Positions 9,076 to 19,030 of a DNA stretch of 64,000 nucleotides are shown piece by piece; position 1 is the first letter of the stretch, and each line of letters begins with the position of its first letter. The notes under the pieces are model-generated. The model worked only from the letters and a program-made list of their open reading frames with translations. It was not told the DNA's origin and made no database searches. Location: contig CACYHO010000001.1 in assembly GCA_902774285.1 (NCBI GenBank), forward strand, positions 400,958-464,957, written 5' to 3'. The DNA is from an uncultured Pseudomonadota bacterium (GTDB taxonomy: Bacteria; Pseudomonadota; Alphaproteobacteria; Rs-D84). Made by a program: the position numbers and the translations under genes.

Positions 9076-9643
9076 TTTGTTTTACAAATCTTTGTTTTAT
9101 ACGTTGCAAGAAATTTGTTTTTTGTATTTCTTTGATTTTTTTGCTTCGTATCATACTCAATACTTTTTCACAAAAATCATCTAAGTTTATGAAATACGTA
9201 TGTATTAATCTGATATCAAATTTTGTTTCGGCCCAAGCAATAAGTTCTGAACGATCAAAATCTGTAAAATGTAAATCGATAAACAAATTATCACTTGGTC
9301 GTGCGTTCATTATGTTATATTTATCCAATAAATATTCATTGACATATTTGAATACATCTTCTTTTGTTTCTGTGATCATAGGTGATTCTTGATTTGTTTG
9401 TTTATGTAACAGATAACAAAATTCACCAAGAGAATAAGCTTTTAGTAAACGCGATGTATCTTTAATGGAAATATTACATTTTTCTTCAAAAGCTATAACA
9501 AGTTCTAAGAGATCCAAACTGTCAAATTTAAAGTCATGTTTCAAAGAAACCCCTGTGTTGATTTCTTTTGGATCGATACCATCATATTTTTCCATAATGA
9601 TGGATTTAACAATATTAAAAATATCCTGTTTTGTGTATTGCAT
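9071..9643 (-). CDS. Tandem two-domain acyl-carrier-like protein
   Basis: Start MQYTKQD at 9643; domain 1 FDSLDLLELVIAFEE (Ser present); domain 2 FTDFDRSEL (Ser lost). Confidence 0.75.
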   Translation of the reverse strand: MQYTKQDIFNIVKSIIMEKYDGIDPKEINTGVSLKHDFKFDSLDLLELVIAFEEKCNISIKDTSRLLKAYSLGEFCYLLHKQTNQESPMITETKEDVFKYVNEYLLDKYNIMNARPSDNLFIDLHFTDFDRSELIAWAETKFDIRLIHTYFINLDDFCEKVLSMIRSKKIKEIQKTNFLQRIKQRFVKQK

Positions 9644-9654
9644 AATTTCCTGCC

Positions 9655-9981
9655 TTATTTTTGATGTTGAAAAAAATGTTTTATTTTTTGAGCCAGTGAA
9701 ACAGGTTGTTTTTTCGTGTTTATAAGTAAACAAATATAACCGCAGAATTCATCAAAAGTTTTGTCGATATATTTTGTAACTTCTTCATCTGGGATATTTA
9801 TTCCATAATGTTTTTCCAATTTCATAACAGTTTCAATTTCGTCCAAAGAATCCATATACATACCATAATAAATTTCCCTGATGGAAGAATTAAGATTCAC
9901 ATATTTTGGTATGTCTGTGCCGGTTATATCGTGTGCGATATTCAAAATTGTTTTTAAAATGTCTTGTTTTGTGTATGACAT
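9655..9981 (-). CDS. Acyl-carrier-like protein
   Basis: MDSLDEIETVMKLEKHYGINIPDEE. Confidence 0.8.
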   Translation of the reverse strand: MSYTKQDILKTILNIAHDITGTDIPKYVNLNSSIREIYYGMYMDSLDEIETVMKLEKHYGINIPDEEVTKYIDKTFDEFCGYICLLINTKKQPVSLAQKIKHFFQHQK

Positions 9982-9992
9982 GATTCGTAACC

Positions 9993-10622
9993 TTATTTTT
10001 GTTTTTGTAATAATGTCTTGTTTGTTTGTGCTTTTGTATTTAAATAATTGCAGAATTTATCACATATGACATCTAAGTTTGTTGTTAAAATGCGGCTGAA
10101 ATTATCAAAATCTTGTGATTCTATAACGATATTATAATGTTCTTCCATTTTTGTTATAAATTCTACTGCATCAACAGAATCAAAATTTAGATCGGAAACA
10201 AAATATGCTTTATCTGCAATTTGATTTGGTTTTAATCCTTGTGTTCTGGCAATAATAGTTTTTGCTGTGGACACAACATCTTGTTTTGTGTATTTCATGT
10301 GTGCGTTCCTATTTTGTTTTTGTATTGTATTCAATGTCGTTGTTGATTTGCGTGTTTTACCGATACTTGTTATAAAAGCATCGTAAACATCGTTCAAAGT
10401 ATCTATGTTGCCTGTATCTGCCCATTCCATGTTCACATTGTATTTTTCTTCCAATGCAACAAGCAATTCTGCTATGTCCAAAGATGTAAAATCCAAAGTT
10501 TCACGCAAAGATGCATTTGGTGATAATTTATCAGCATCAGGAATACCAATGAATGTATCATTTTTAATGATATCTTTTGCTACTGCTATGATTTCTTCTT
10601 TTGAAAAGTGTTTTATGCTCAT
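9993..10622 (-). CDS. Tandem two-domain acyl-carrier-like protein
   Basis: FTSLDIAELLVALEEKY and FDSVDAVEFITKMEEHY. Confidence 0.8.
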   Translation of the reverse strand: MSIKHFSKEEIIAVAKDIIKNDTFIGIPDADKLSPNASLRETLDFTSLDIAELLVALEEKYNVNMEWADTGNIDTLNDVYDAFITSIGKTRKSTTTLNTIQKQNRNAHMKYTKQDVVSTAKTIIARTQGLKPNQIADKAYFVSDLNFDSVDAVEFITKMEEHYNIVIESQDFDNFSRILTTNLDVICDKFCNYLNTKAQTNKTLLQKQK

Positions 10623-10636
10623 TTTTTTATCCTGTG

Positions 10637-11761
10637 TTATCTTATCTGACCCAACAAATTTGAAATCACGATTTGACCAAAATTTTCACGTTGTTCTTCT
10701 GACATTTTTGACATGTCTATATCTTGTTGTAAATGCAATATATCCTTTACAGATTTTTTTGGCATTTTTTCAACCATTTGTGAATATGCAGGTTGTAAAT
10801 ATTCTGGGCATTGTGCAAAATCAACGATGTTACCTTTTACCTGGGCAAATATTGGGATATAAGGTTTATTACCAGAATTATCCATAACAATACCGATGTC
10901 TACATCTGACAATATTTGTGGCAGATTTTTTAAGCTTCTGTCATATCGCATTAAAATTTTGTCTTTTGGAACATCGTGACCACCGTTTGCAACGCGTTTT
11001 TGGACACGTGCTACACTTAATTCAGGACGCAAAACATATGGATGAAAACTGCAAACATTATATCCGTATAATTGTCTTGCTTCTTTAACCAATGTTAAAA
11101 TTCTGTGTGCGCCACCTGTTGTTTCCAATATAAAACTTTTGCCGGATTCCAATGAAGATTTAATTTTTTTTGCCACCACTTTTTCAGCATCAATTTGCAA
11201 ATTCCACGAAAGGTTATCAATTTGTTTTTGCAAAGGTTGTATTCTGATCGCCTGTTGTACTTCCAATGTGAAAAACAATTTATTATATAATTTGTACCAA
11301 TTATTTTTACCTTGTTTTGCATTTATACGGGCGTGTATATTGCCACCACCAACGCGCCACATTAAGTCTTTGAAAGATGTCAAACCTTCCAAGATTGGTT
11401 CTTGGTCGGGTGTGATATGAATAGCCATTGAATATTGTTCTTTCCAATATTCTTTGTTTTCTTCATTGCGTTTTTCCATGCGTTCAGTCACTGGACCGCT
11501 GACATTTTCCATGGTTTTGCCGAATTTTTTCAATAATCTTTTGCGAATGTCTTCGGTTCCTTGTTTGATTTCAGATTGTAGATCTTGTACAAATTTTTGA
11601 TTTTCAGGCAAAGCCATCAGTCGTGCAAATTCAATGTCAGAGTTTGCAAAAATCGCACTTTGGAAAAACGGATTTTGTTCCAAAATTCTGTCGTGAAAAG
11701 TGGTTTTGCCGGCACCATTAGGTCCGGAAATAATGATTAACCACGGTTTGTTATTTGCCAT
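10637..11761 (-). CDS. Zeta-toxin-like P-loop kinase with about 150-aa helical insertion
   Basis: SGPNGAGKTT, NSD, FILETT, RVQKRVANGGHDVP. Confidence 0.75.
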   Translation of the reverse strand: MANNKPWLIIISGPNGAGKTTFHDRILEQNPFFQSAIFANSDIEFARLMALPENQKFVQDLQSEIKQGTEDIRKRLLKKFGKTMENVSGPVTERMEKRNEENKEYWKEQYSMAIHITPDQEPILEGLTSFKDLMWRVGGGNIHARINAKQGKNNWYKLYNKLFFTLEVQQAIRIQPLQKQIDNLSWNLQIDAEKVVAKKIKSSLESGKSFILETTGGAHRILTLVKEARQLYGYNVCSFHPYVLRPELSVARVQKRVANGGHDVPKDKILMRYDRSLKNLPQILSDVDIGIVMDNSGNKPYIPIFAQVKGNIVDFAQCPEYLQPAYSQMVEKMPKKSVKDILHLQQDIDMSKMSEEQRENFGQIVISNLLGQIR

Positions 11762-11793
11762 TTTTTTGCCTGTTATTTATTATTTATGTGTTT

Positions 11794-11821
11794 ATTATAG
11801 ACATTTATTTTGATTTGTCAA
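11794..11821 (-). promoter_or_regulatory. sigma70 promoter of kinase-ACP operon
   Basis: TTGACA-N16-TATAAT on the minus strand. Confidence 0.7.
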
Positions 11822-11921
11822 CTTTTAATATAAAATAATTTATGGTTTTTATTTTTAATTTGACTTTCAGTAAATAAATGTATAAAATGTGTGGGCTTTC
11901 AAAAGAAAGTCGCAAAGTTCT

Positions 11922-11993
11922 GGGGTTGTAGCTCAGTTGGTAGAGGTAAGTTGCTTTACAGTGCAGCGGGTCTGTCAAAAGGGAACAATCCTT
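11922..11993 (+). pseudogene. Degenerate tRNA-like copy upstream of tRNA-Ala
   Basis: 34-bp perfect direct repeat 11912-11945 = 11998-12031; GGGGTTG/CAATCCT acceptor stem, intact D arm, gttgc-TTTACAGT-gcagc arm, no TTCGA loop, no CCA. Confidence 0.65.
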
Positions 11994-12007
11994 AAATGCA
12001 AAGTTCT

Positions 12008-12083
12008 GGGGTTGTAGCTCAGTTGGTAGAGCACCTGCTTTGCAAGCAGGGGGTCGTCAGTTCGAGCCTGATCAGCTCCACCA
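12008..12083 (+). tRNA. tRNA-Ala(TGC)
   Basis: 76-nt cloverleaf, G3:U70, cctgc-TTTGCAA-gcagg, CCA. Confidence 0.97.
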
Positions 12084-12159
12084 GAATAAATGGAAGGGGA
12101 ATTTAATTCCCCTTTTTCAAAAAAACAGATACAAATTCGCCAAAGGGGGTGAATACATA

Positions 12160-12366
12160 ATGGTTAAAGTTTTGGTCCGTGATAACAACGTTGAACAAGC
12201 ATTGCGTGTTGCAAAACGTAAATCTCAAAAAGAAGGCCTTTATCGCGAAATGAAAGAACGTCAACGTTACGAAAAACCAACTACTAAACGTAAACGTTTG
12301 AAAGAAGAAGCGGTTCGTAACGAAAAGAAACGTCAATCAAAACAACGTATGGTCTTTGGATTCTAA
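12160..12366 (+). CDS. rpsU: 30S ribosomal protein S21
   Basis: [21 protein letters not shown]...[10 protein letters not shown]; RBS GGGGGTG. Confidence 0.95.
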   Translation: MVKVLVRDNNVEQALRVAKRKSQKEGLYREMKERQRYEKPTTKRKRLKEEAVRNEKKRQSKQRMVFGF

Positions 12367-12466
12367 TTGCAAAGATTTTGATAAAAACCGTCCAATTGGG
12401 CGGTTTTTTTCTTGTTTTATTTTTTGAAATGTTTTATTCTTTGCGTGATAAAAACGGAAAGAAAAT

Positions 12467-14704
12467 ATGAGAAAAGTCGAAAATACAGTTGAAAATATAT
12501 CTGGACAACAATTATCAGACGCATTGTCTGAACGTTATTTGTCTTACGCGGTAAGTACCATTGTGGCACGTGCTTTGCCTGATGTAAGGGATGGTTTAAA
12601 GCCTGTGCATCGCCGTATTTTGTATTCTATGTTGCGTCAAAAATTATCCCCGTCTGCTGCTTTTCGTAAGTGTGCAACTGTTGTTGGTGATGTGTTGGGT
12701 CATTATCACCCACACGGAGATTCTTCGGTTTATGATGCTATGGTGCGCCTTGCGCAAGACTTTTCTGTTCGTTATCCATTAATTGATGGCCAGGGTAACT
12801 TTGGTAATATTGACGGTGATCTCCAGGCTGCATATCGTTACACAGAATCAAAAATGACCCAGGCCGCAATGCTGATTATGGAAGGTATTGATGAAGACAG
12901 TGTCGATATGATGCCAAATTTTGATGGAACAACGGTTGAACCAACTGTTATGCCGGGGGCATTTCCTAATTTATTGGCAAATGGTGGTATGGGAATTGCT
13001 GTGGGTATGGCAACAAATATCCCAACACATAATGTATCTGAAATTATGGATGCTTTGAATTTGGTTGTTGATAAACCAGATTCTACAACAGCACAAATTA
13101 TGAAGAAATTGATTGGACCTGATTTCCCAACCGGTGGTGTTTTAATTGATGATTTTGCAACTATTTGCAAGAATTATGATACAGGTCGTGGTGCATTCCG
13201 TATTCGTGCAAAATGGGAAATTGAAAAACTGGATCGTGGGGCAGAGCAGGTTGTTATCACAGAAATTCCATACGGCATAATTAAATCTAAATTGGTCGAA
13301 CAAATTGCTGATTTGATTGATTCTAAAAAATTGCCTTTGGTCGAAGATATTGTTGATGAATCTACAACTGATGTGCGTATTGTTATCACACCGAAAAGCC
13401 GTAATATTCCAATTGATAAAATGATGGCGCATTTATTTGCAACAACAGACCTTGAATACAAATTCAATATGAATTTTAATGTTGTTGATTCCAAAGGTGC
13501 ACCACGTGTAATGCCTATTGGTGATGTGTTGCGTGAATTCATTGCGCACCAGAAAAATGTATTATTACGTCGCACACATTGGCGTTTGAATAATATTGAA
13601 CGCAGATTGGAAATCTTGGGCGGTTTATTGGTCGTATATTTGAATTTGGATCGTGTGATTGAAATTATCCGCAACGAAGATGATCCAAAGGCTGTCTTGA
13701 TGGACGAATTCAAACTGACTGAAATTCAGGTTGAATCTATATTAAATACACGTTTGCGTTCACTTCGTAAATTGGAAGAAATGGAAATCAAACGCGAAGA
13801 TAAAGAATTGCGTGCTGAAAAAGAAAAATTACAGGCATTATTGAATGATGAAGAAATTCAAAATGCACAATTACACGCTTGGTTTGATGATATTAAAAAA
13901 CAATACGCAAAAAATACTGCATTAGGTCGTCGTCGCACACAATGGGAAGCAGTTGGTGAAGAAATCGTTGTTAATGCAGATGATTTTATCGAAAAAGAAC
14001 CAATTACTGTCGTGTTATCTACAATGGGTTGGATACGTGCAGCCAAAGGTCACCTGGATTTGAATAATATCGATATGAAATTCAAAGAAGGTGACGAATT
14101 GCAATTCGCATTCCATGCACAAACAACAGATAAAATCAATTTGTTTGCAAGTGGTGGAAAAATGTTCACGTTGTCTGGCAATGATTTGCCATCCGCACGT
14201 GGCTTTGGTGAATCAGTGCGTATGATGGCGGACATCAGTGCCGAAGAAACAATTGTAAAAGCATTTGTTTTGGATACAAACGCGAAATATTTGGTTGTTG
14301 GCAGACATGGAACAGGATTTATAGTTGCCGGGGAAAATTGTGTTGCACAAACAAAATCTGGTAAACAGATTATGAATGTTGACGATAAAAATCCGGCGGT
14401 ATTATGTGTGCGTGCAGATGGCGATATGGTCGCATTATCTGGCTCTAATGATAAATTGTTAATATTTGAAGCAAATCAAATTCCAGAAATGTCAAGGGGC
14501 AAGGGGGTAATCTTGCAGAAATATAATGCAGAACGCACCTATACAATTGACGCTATGTTCTTCAATATGGCGGATGGATTTGGTTGGACAACTGGTCGTG
14601 GAACAACCAAATTGGATGATATTAAACCATGGTTGGCCAAACGTGCATCCCAGGGACATACGATACCTGTTGGTTTCCCACGCAGTGGTAAATTTGGAAA
14701 ATAG
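12467..14704 (+). CDS. parC: DNA topoisomerase IV subunit A
   Basis: RALPDVRDGLKPVHRRIL, HPHGD, AAYRYTES; 745 aa, alphaproteobacterial ParC pattern. Confidence 0.9.
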   Translation: MRKVENTVENISGQQLSDALSERYLSYAVSTIVARALPDVRDGLKPVHRRILYSMLRQKLSPSAAFRKCATVVGDVLGHYHPHGDSSVYDAMVRLAQDFSVRYPLIDGQGNFGNIDGDLQAAYRYTESKMTQAAMLIMEGIDEDSVDMMPNFDGTTVEPTVMPGAFPNLLANGGMGIAVGMATNIPTHNVSEIMDALNLVVDKPDSTTAQIMKKLIGPDFPTGGVLIDDFATICKNYDTGRGAFRIRAKWEIEKLDRGAEQVVITEIPYGIIKSKLVEQIADLIDSKKLPLVEDIVDESTTDVRIVITPKSRNIPIDKMMAHLFATTDLEYKFNMNFNVVDSKGAPRVMPIGDVLREFIAHQKNVLLRRTHWRLNNIERRLEILGGLLVVYLNLDRVIEIIRNEDDPKAVLMDEFKLTEIQVESILNTRLRSLRKLEEMEIKREDKELRAEKEKLQALLNDEEIQNAQLHAWFDDIKKQYAKNTALGRRRTQWEAVGEEIVVNADDFIEKEPITVVLSTMGWIRAAKGHLDLNNIDMKFKEGDELQFAFHAQTTDKINLFASGGKMFTLSGNDLPSARGFGESVRMMADISAEETIVKAFVLDTNAKYLVVGRHGTGFIVAGENCVAQTKSGKQIMNVDDKNPAVLCVRADGDMVALSGSNDKLLIFEANQIPEMSRGKGVILQKYNAERTYTIDAMFFNMADGFGWTTGRGTTKLDDIKPWLAKRASQGHTIPVGFPRSGKFGK

Positions 14705-14713
14705 GGGAAATTT

Positions 14714-15913
14714 TTGTTAAAAACGTATTTGCCTGATAATATTGTATTACCAAAAATATCGAAGCAACATCATGATTTAACTGTTGATGATGTGGTAGAA
14801 ATTCCAAACGGAACAATTATTCTAGATTATAATTTTAACAAAAGAGGCGTTTATGATGCCTGTGGACAGCTTTGTCCTGAAAGTGTTTTATTGCGTTGGT
14901 GTGAAAAACCTGTGCCAGCTATCAAGCGTAATATGCCTAGATGTGATTTTATAAATGAAGAAGTTATATACATTGGTACTGCTCATATGTTTTTGCATTT
15001 CGGACATTTTTTAATAGAAGGAATCAGTCGTATTTGGCCTTTGTTATACAAATGTTATAAAAACAAGAAAGTCGTTATTGCATTAGGTGGTAAACGTAAT
15101 ATACCTTTGTTTGTTCGTAAAACACTGAATGCTATCGGGGTAAAAGACCAAGACATAATAGTCATTCATAAAAATACAAGATTTGCTTCCGTCTTGGTTC
15201 CAAAACAATCTACAAACATAGGTGTAAATATACTACCTATAACAAGCAAAGTTTTTGATAAAATATCGAATGTATTAGGAAATGCGAAAATAAAAACGTA
15301 TGACAAGATATATTTATCAAGATCTGCAATGAAAGATGGACGAACATTTGGTGAAAAAAATATAGAAAAAATATTTACAAAAAATGGTTATAAAGTTATA
15401 TATCCAGAAACTTTACAATATGAACACCAGATTACTTTGGCAAAGAATTGCAAGGTTTTGGCGGGTACTGCTGGCAGTGCTTTACATTTAGCTTTATTTA
15501 TGAAACCAAAAAATCGTGTTGTGCAGATTAAAAGAAATTCTATGAATTCAGATAATGTTGATGTTCAACAAATGGTTTGTGATTTACGGGGGCTTGATAT
15601 GGATCTTGTTGCGGGTTCAATAGAAACTTTTCCTACATCGCATTATACAAAGTATCCTCAAATTTTGGGTGTGACACCACAAATGATAAAATTTTTTGAT
15701 GATAATGGTTTTGTTTATTCTGCTGACGATATAAATCCAGATGAAATTGCCCAGCAAGAATACGAACACCAACTGAAAAAGTATAAAACTCATGTGGCGT
15801 ATGCAAAGATATTAAACCCTTTTATAAGAATTATTTCTTTGTTTGGTATAACAAAAAAGGGCAGGGGCAAAACAGGTGACTTTTTGCGCCAGATTTTTAA
15901 CGCAGAATATTAA
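14714..15913 (+). CDS. Glycosyltransferase family 61 (DUF563)-like protein
   Basis: HFGHFLIE, KIYLSR, PETLQYEHQITL, GTAGSALH. Confidence 0.75.
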   Translation: MLKTYLPDNIVLPKISKQHHDLTVDDVVEIPNGTIILDYNFNKRGVYDACGQLCPESVLLRWCEKPVPAIKRNMPRCDFINEEVIYIGTAHMFLHFGHFLIEGISRIWPLLYKCYKNKKVVIALGGKRNIPLFVRKTLNAIGVKDQDIIVIHKNTRFASVLVPKQSTNIGVNILPITSKVFDKISNVLGNAKIKTYDKIYLSRSAMKDGRTFGEKNIEKIFTKNGYKVIYPETLQYEHQITLAKNCKVLAGTAGSALHLALFMKPKNRVVQIKRNSMNSDNVDVQQMVCDLRGLDMDLVAGSIETFPTSHYTKYPQILGVTPQMIKFFDDNGFVYSADDINPDEIAQQEYEHQLKKYKTHVAYAKILNPFIRIISLFGITKKGRGKTGDFLRQIFNAEY

Positions 15914-15968
15914 AAACAAAAAAACCCCGCGATTGCGGGGTTTGTTAAAACTTGACATAACAAAAATC

Positions 15969-16148
15969 TTAGTGGGACATTTTTGCTTCTGTAAATACTA
16001 CGTGTTTGCGTAATTTTGGATCGTATTTACGGAATTTCATTTTACCCTGAGTGTTTTCAGATTTTGTATTTTTAGTAGTTGTGTAATAGAAACCGGTTTC
16101 TTTGTTTTCCAGTTTTACAACTTCTTTGCTGCCTTTTTTAGATGCCAT
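15969..16148 (-). CDS. rpmG: 50S ribosomal protein L33
   Basis: Not in ORF track; MASKKGSKEVVKLENKETGFYYTTTKN...KFRKYDPKLRKHVVFTEAKMSH*. Confidence 0.95.
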   Translation of the reverse strand: MASKKGSKEVVKLENKETGFYYTTTKNTKSENTQGKMKFRKYDPKLRKHVVFTEAKMSH

Positions 16149-16224
16149 TTTTAATAACCTTTTTTAATTACTTCGCGTATTCTATGTCATATTTTACGCA
16201 AAATCAAGTTTTTTTTATCTTTTT

Positions 16225-16309
16225 TGGTGCGGGTAAAGAGACTTGAACTCTTACGGGTTGCCCCACTGGAACCTAAATCCAGCGCGTCTACCAGTTCCGC
16301 CATACCCGC
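16225..16309 (-). tRNA. tRNA-Leu(TAG)
   Basis: GCGGGTA/TACCCGC, ctgga-TTTAGGT-tccag, long variable arm, CCA. Confidence 0.95.
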
Positions 16310-16315
16310 ATTGAT

Positions 16316-16438
16316 TTAATATACTGGATAATTACGTGGATAATCAGGGTCGTGTCGCAATGGTGATTTCACACCGCATCCGCCCAGCATTAACGCACAT
16401 AATAAACATATACAAATTGCCAATATAATCTTTTTCAT
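16316..16438 (-). CDS. Small lipoprotein, LptM/YifL-like
   Basis: MKKIILAICICLLCALMLGG-CGVKSPL: lipobox plus CGxKxPL motif. Confidence 0.65.
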   Translation of the reverse strand: MKKIILAICICLLCALMLGGCGVKSPLRHDPDYPRNYPVY

Positions 16439-16521
16439 GATGTTTATTATAAGGGACTTTGCAAAGATTGTCAATTTATCTGATATTAAAAACCCCGACA
16501 TGTGCCGGGGTCTTTTTATTT

Positions 16522-17016
16522 TTATCGTGTGTATTCTTTTAATACGCTTACGATTGTGCGATTAAGTTCGGGTGTAACATTAAACGCGACAGTCTTTTCA
16601 AATGATATCCATGGATTTTTTGGGTGTTTAAGGCATGGATAAATATACATTTTTTCGCCATTGTTTAATTTAATTTCATAAACAATGCGGTTTGCTGGGT
16701 TCGCAGCAACTTCGTTTGGTGCCTTGGTTAATTCTCTAAGTTGTGGCAAGAAATCTTTGGTTGGTAATTGAATTGTGTCACAAATACCAGTCAAAGCGGC
16801 AGATGCTGATTCAACAGCCACAGGAATTTTTTCGCACAAAGAAAACAATTCATAATTTACAAATGCGCATTTTGGGTTTACCAATACGTGCTTTTTTACA
16901 TTTGGTTGTGCGTGCGCCACCGGGGCAGCCACAGCAGGTGCCAAAGCAGTATCTGGCACAACGTGTTCGGTTTGTGGTTGTTTAAAACCTTTGATAGCTT
17001 TTTCAAAAAAGTTCAT
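16522..17016 (-). CDS. Hypothetical protein
   Basis: Start MNFFEKAIKG at 17016 with AAAGG RBS; own upstream TTGACA. Confidence 0.6.
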   Translation of the reverse strand: MNFFEKAIKGFKQPQTEHVVPDTALAPAVAAPVAHAQPNVKKHVLVNPKCAFVNYELFSLCEKIPVAVESASAALTGICDTIQLPTKDFLPQLRELTKAPNEVAANPANRIVYEIKLNNGEKMYIYPCLKHPKNPWISFEKTVAFNVTPELNRTIVSVLKEYTR

Positions 17017-17151
17017 TTTTTTACCTTTTGTTTTGTTGTTGCTGATAATATAATACAAAAATAAAAATTGTCAACATGTTTTTAACAAAATATATTTATG
17101 AAAAAAATACTTGATTTTTGTGCCAAGGTATTATAGTATATGCGTTGCTCT

Positions 17152-17229
17152 GGGGTGTTAGCTCAGCTGGTTTAGAGCGTCTGCCTGTCACGCAGAAGGT
17201 CGAGGGTTCGAGCCCCTTACATCCCGCCA
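17152..17229 (+). tRNA. tRNA-Asp(GTC)
   Basis: GGGGTGT/ACATCCC, tctgc-CTGTCAC-gcaga, CCA. Confidence 0.95.
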
Positions 17230-17270
17230 GAGATTTTACCGCCGACAAAACGGCGGTTTTAAGAGTCACT

Positions 17271-17345
17271 GGCCCCATCGTCTAATGGTTAGGACACCGC
17301 CCTTTCAAGGCGAGAATCCCGGTTCAAATCCGAGTGGGGCTGCCA
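17271..17345 (+). tRNA. tRNA-Glu(TTC)
   Basis: GGCCCCA/TGGGGCT, CTTTCAA anticodon loop, CCA. Confidence 0.93.
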
Positions 17346-17384
17346 AGATTGATAAAACCGCATTTTTGCGGTTTTTTTGTTAGA

Positions 17385-17453
17385 TTTCCAATACTTTCAC
17401 AAGTTCGTAAGTTGGGCGGTAAAATCTATACCTATTTTACACATTTACGAACT
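17385..17453 (+). repeat. 69-bp palindromic element, copy A
   Basis: 52/69 ungapped identity to 18403-18471; AGTTCGTAA...TTACGAACT inverted repeat. Confidence 0.7.
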
Positions 17454-17563
17454 TTTAAAAAGAAAAGGTTAGAAATCTAACCTTTTTTTGTATGTATTGT
17501 TTTGTGCTTGAATTTTTCTGGTTTTTATTTCAATATTTTGTTTGTTGAAAAAGGGGATATTTA

Positions 17564-18274
17564 ATGAAAATCATAGATAATATCAATGTGTTTGGTGATT
17601 CTTTGTCAAAAGGAATTGTTTTAGATGATGACTCTAAAAAATATAAAATATCAGATAACAATGCCGTAGATGTGTTTAGTCGTAATATGCCTGTTTCTGT
17701 AAAAAATTATTCCAGATTTGGTTGTACAACAGATAAAGCTGTAAAAATAGCAGATGGTGTATTTAATAACGGATTAGAAAACGATTTGTTTTTGGTTGAA
17801 TTTGGTGGAAACGATTGCGATTTTAATTGGGATATTGTTGCAGAAAATCCGACCAACAAAGATATTAAACCAAGTGTTTCATTAGAACAGTTTAAGGTAA
17901 ATACTCAAACTATCATTGATAAATTACGCAAATTAGGAAAACGTATTGCTATAATGTCTTTGCCACCAATTGATGCAAATAAATATTTTAAATGGATTTC
18001 CAAGGGTGATAAGCAACGTGCCGCAAATATTTTGCAATTCTTGGGGGATGTGAATTTTATATACAGACATCAAGAATTATATGCAGTTGCATTTAAACAA
18101 ATTGCCATAGATAACAATATTCCTGTGGTGCCTGTTCGTGAAACCTTATTAGACATTCATAAATTAAGTGATTACATTTGTGAAGATGGAATACATCTAA
18201 ATGAACAAGGGCAAGCGGTTGTAGAGAGTGTTTTTGAAAATACATATTTACAATATCACCCTGAAACAAAGTAA
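17564..18274 (+). CDS. SGNH/GDSL hydrolase
   Basis: FGDSLS, EFGGND, DGIH motifs. Confidence 0.9.
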   Translation: MKIIDNINVFGDSLSKGIVLDDDSKKYKISDNNAVDVFSRNMPVSVKNYSRFGCTTDKAVKIADGVFNNGLENDLFLVEFGGNDCDFNWDIVAENPTNKDIKPSVSLEQFKVNTQTIIDKLRKLGKRIAIMSLPPIDANKYFKWISKGDKQRAANILQFLGDVNFIYRHQELYAVAFKQIAIDNNIPVVPVRETLLDIHKLSDYICEDGIHLNEQGQAVVESVFENTYLQYHPETK

Positions 18275-18292
18275 TGTGTATTCAAAAACACC

Positions 18293-18351
18293 TTAATTTC
18301 TTTCCCGAATAACAACAAATCACGCATAAACTCAGTTCGTGAATTGCACAG
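18293..18351. repeat. 59-bp dispersed element, copy C1
   Basis: 53/59 identity to 19851-19909. Confidence 0.75.
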
Positions 18352-18402
18352 ATGGCCCTGCCAAAATAAAAAGACCGCCGTTTGGGTGTTTTTTTGATTG
18401 GT

Positions 18403-18471
18403 TTTTCAACACTTTCACGAGTTCGAAAGTTAGGTGTTGAAAACACCCACCATTTTACCAATTTACGAACT
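18403..18471 (+). repeat. 69-bp palindromic element, copy B
   Basis: TTTTCAACAC/GTGTTGAAAA 10-bp stem; homologous to copy A. Confidence 0.7.
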
Positions 18472-18479
18472 GTTTATTG

Positions 18480-19022
18480 TTATTTACTGGTATTTACCCA
18501 TACACGGTGTTCTTTATGTCCGTCAACAACACTATCTTCTATCTGTTTGCCACCGTACATATTCATCAAGCCTATTATTGCACGATATGAAGCAGAATTC
18601 TTTTCATCGCAAGTCATAAGGACACGATCCAAACCAAGTTTATGGGCTTCTTCTAAACACAATTTTATACCAATGAAACTTGAATAGTTGCTACGATATT
18701 TTGGCGATATATTAGCTGCAATATGTCCACCAATTTGTTCTAGATGTGGTGTCAAAGCATGACGAATAGAAAAAGAACCAACAAAATTATCATCATCCAG
18801 CAACCAAAATCTAGTTTCTGGAACCCAGCCTTCTGGTAAATTTTTTGCGTTTTCATAATCCGATAATTGTTTTAAATATTCATCGGCTTTGTTTTCGTCT
18901 ATAGCTTTTATCAATGGGTCAATACCACCACGTCCAAAATGATTAGTGTCGAACTTGTAATCGTTAATAATTTGCAAGAATGAATTCAGATATTCTTTTG
19001 AAGGTTTTACCAATTTCAGCAT
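18480..19022 (-). CDS. GNAT N-acetyltransferase (COG3981-like)
   Basis: GWVPETRFWL, GSFSIRHAL, GGHIAANISPKYR, VLMTCDEKNSAS. Confidence 0.85.
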   Translation of the reverse strand: MLKLVKPSKEYLNSFLQIINDYKFDTNHFGRGGIDPLIKAIDENKADEYLKQLSDYENAKNLPEGWVPETRFWLLDDDNFVGSFSIRHALTPHLEQIGGHIAANISPKYRSNYSSFIGIKLCLEEAHKLGLDRVLMTCDEKNSASYRAIIGLMNMYGGKQIEDSVVDGHKEHRVWVNTSK

Positions 19023-19030
19023 TTGTATAC

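Noticed and set aside
17385-18471. Integron attC sites (GTTGGGC, GTTAGGT match GTTRRRY)
   Set aside because: The putative inverse core is only ~18 nt upstream and imperfect, far shorter than attC, and there is no intI
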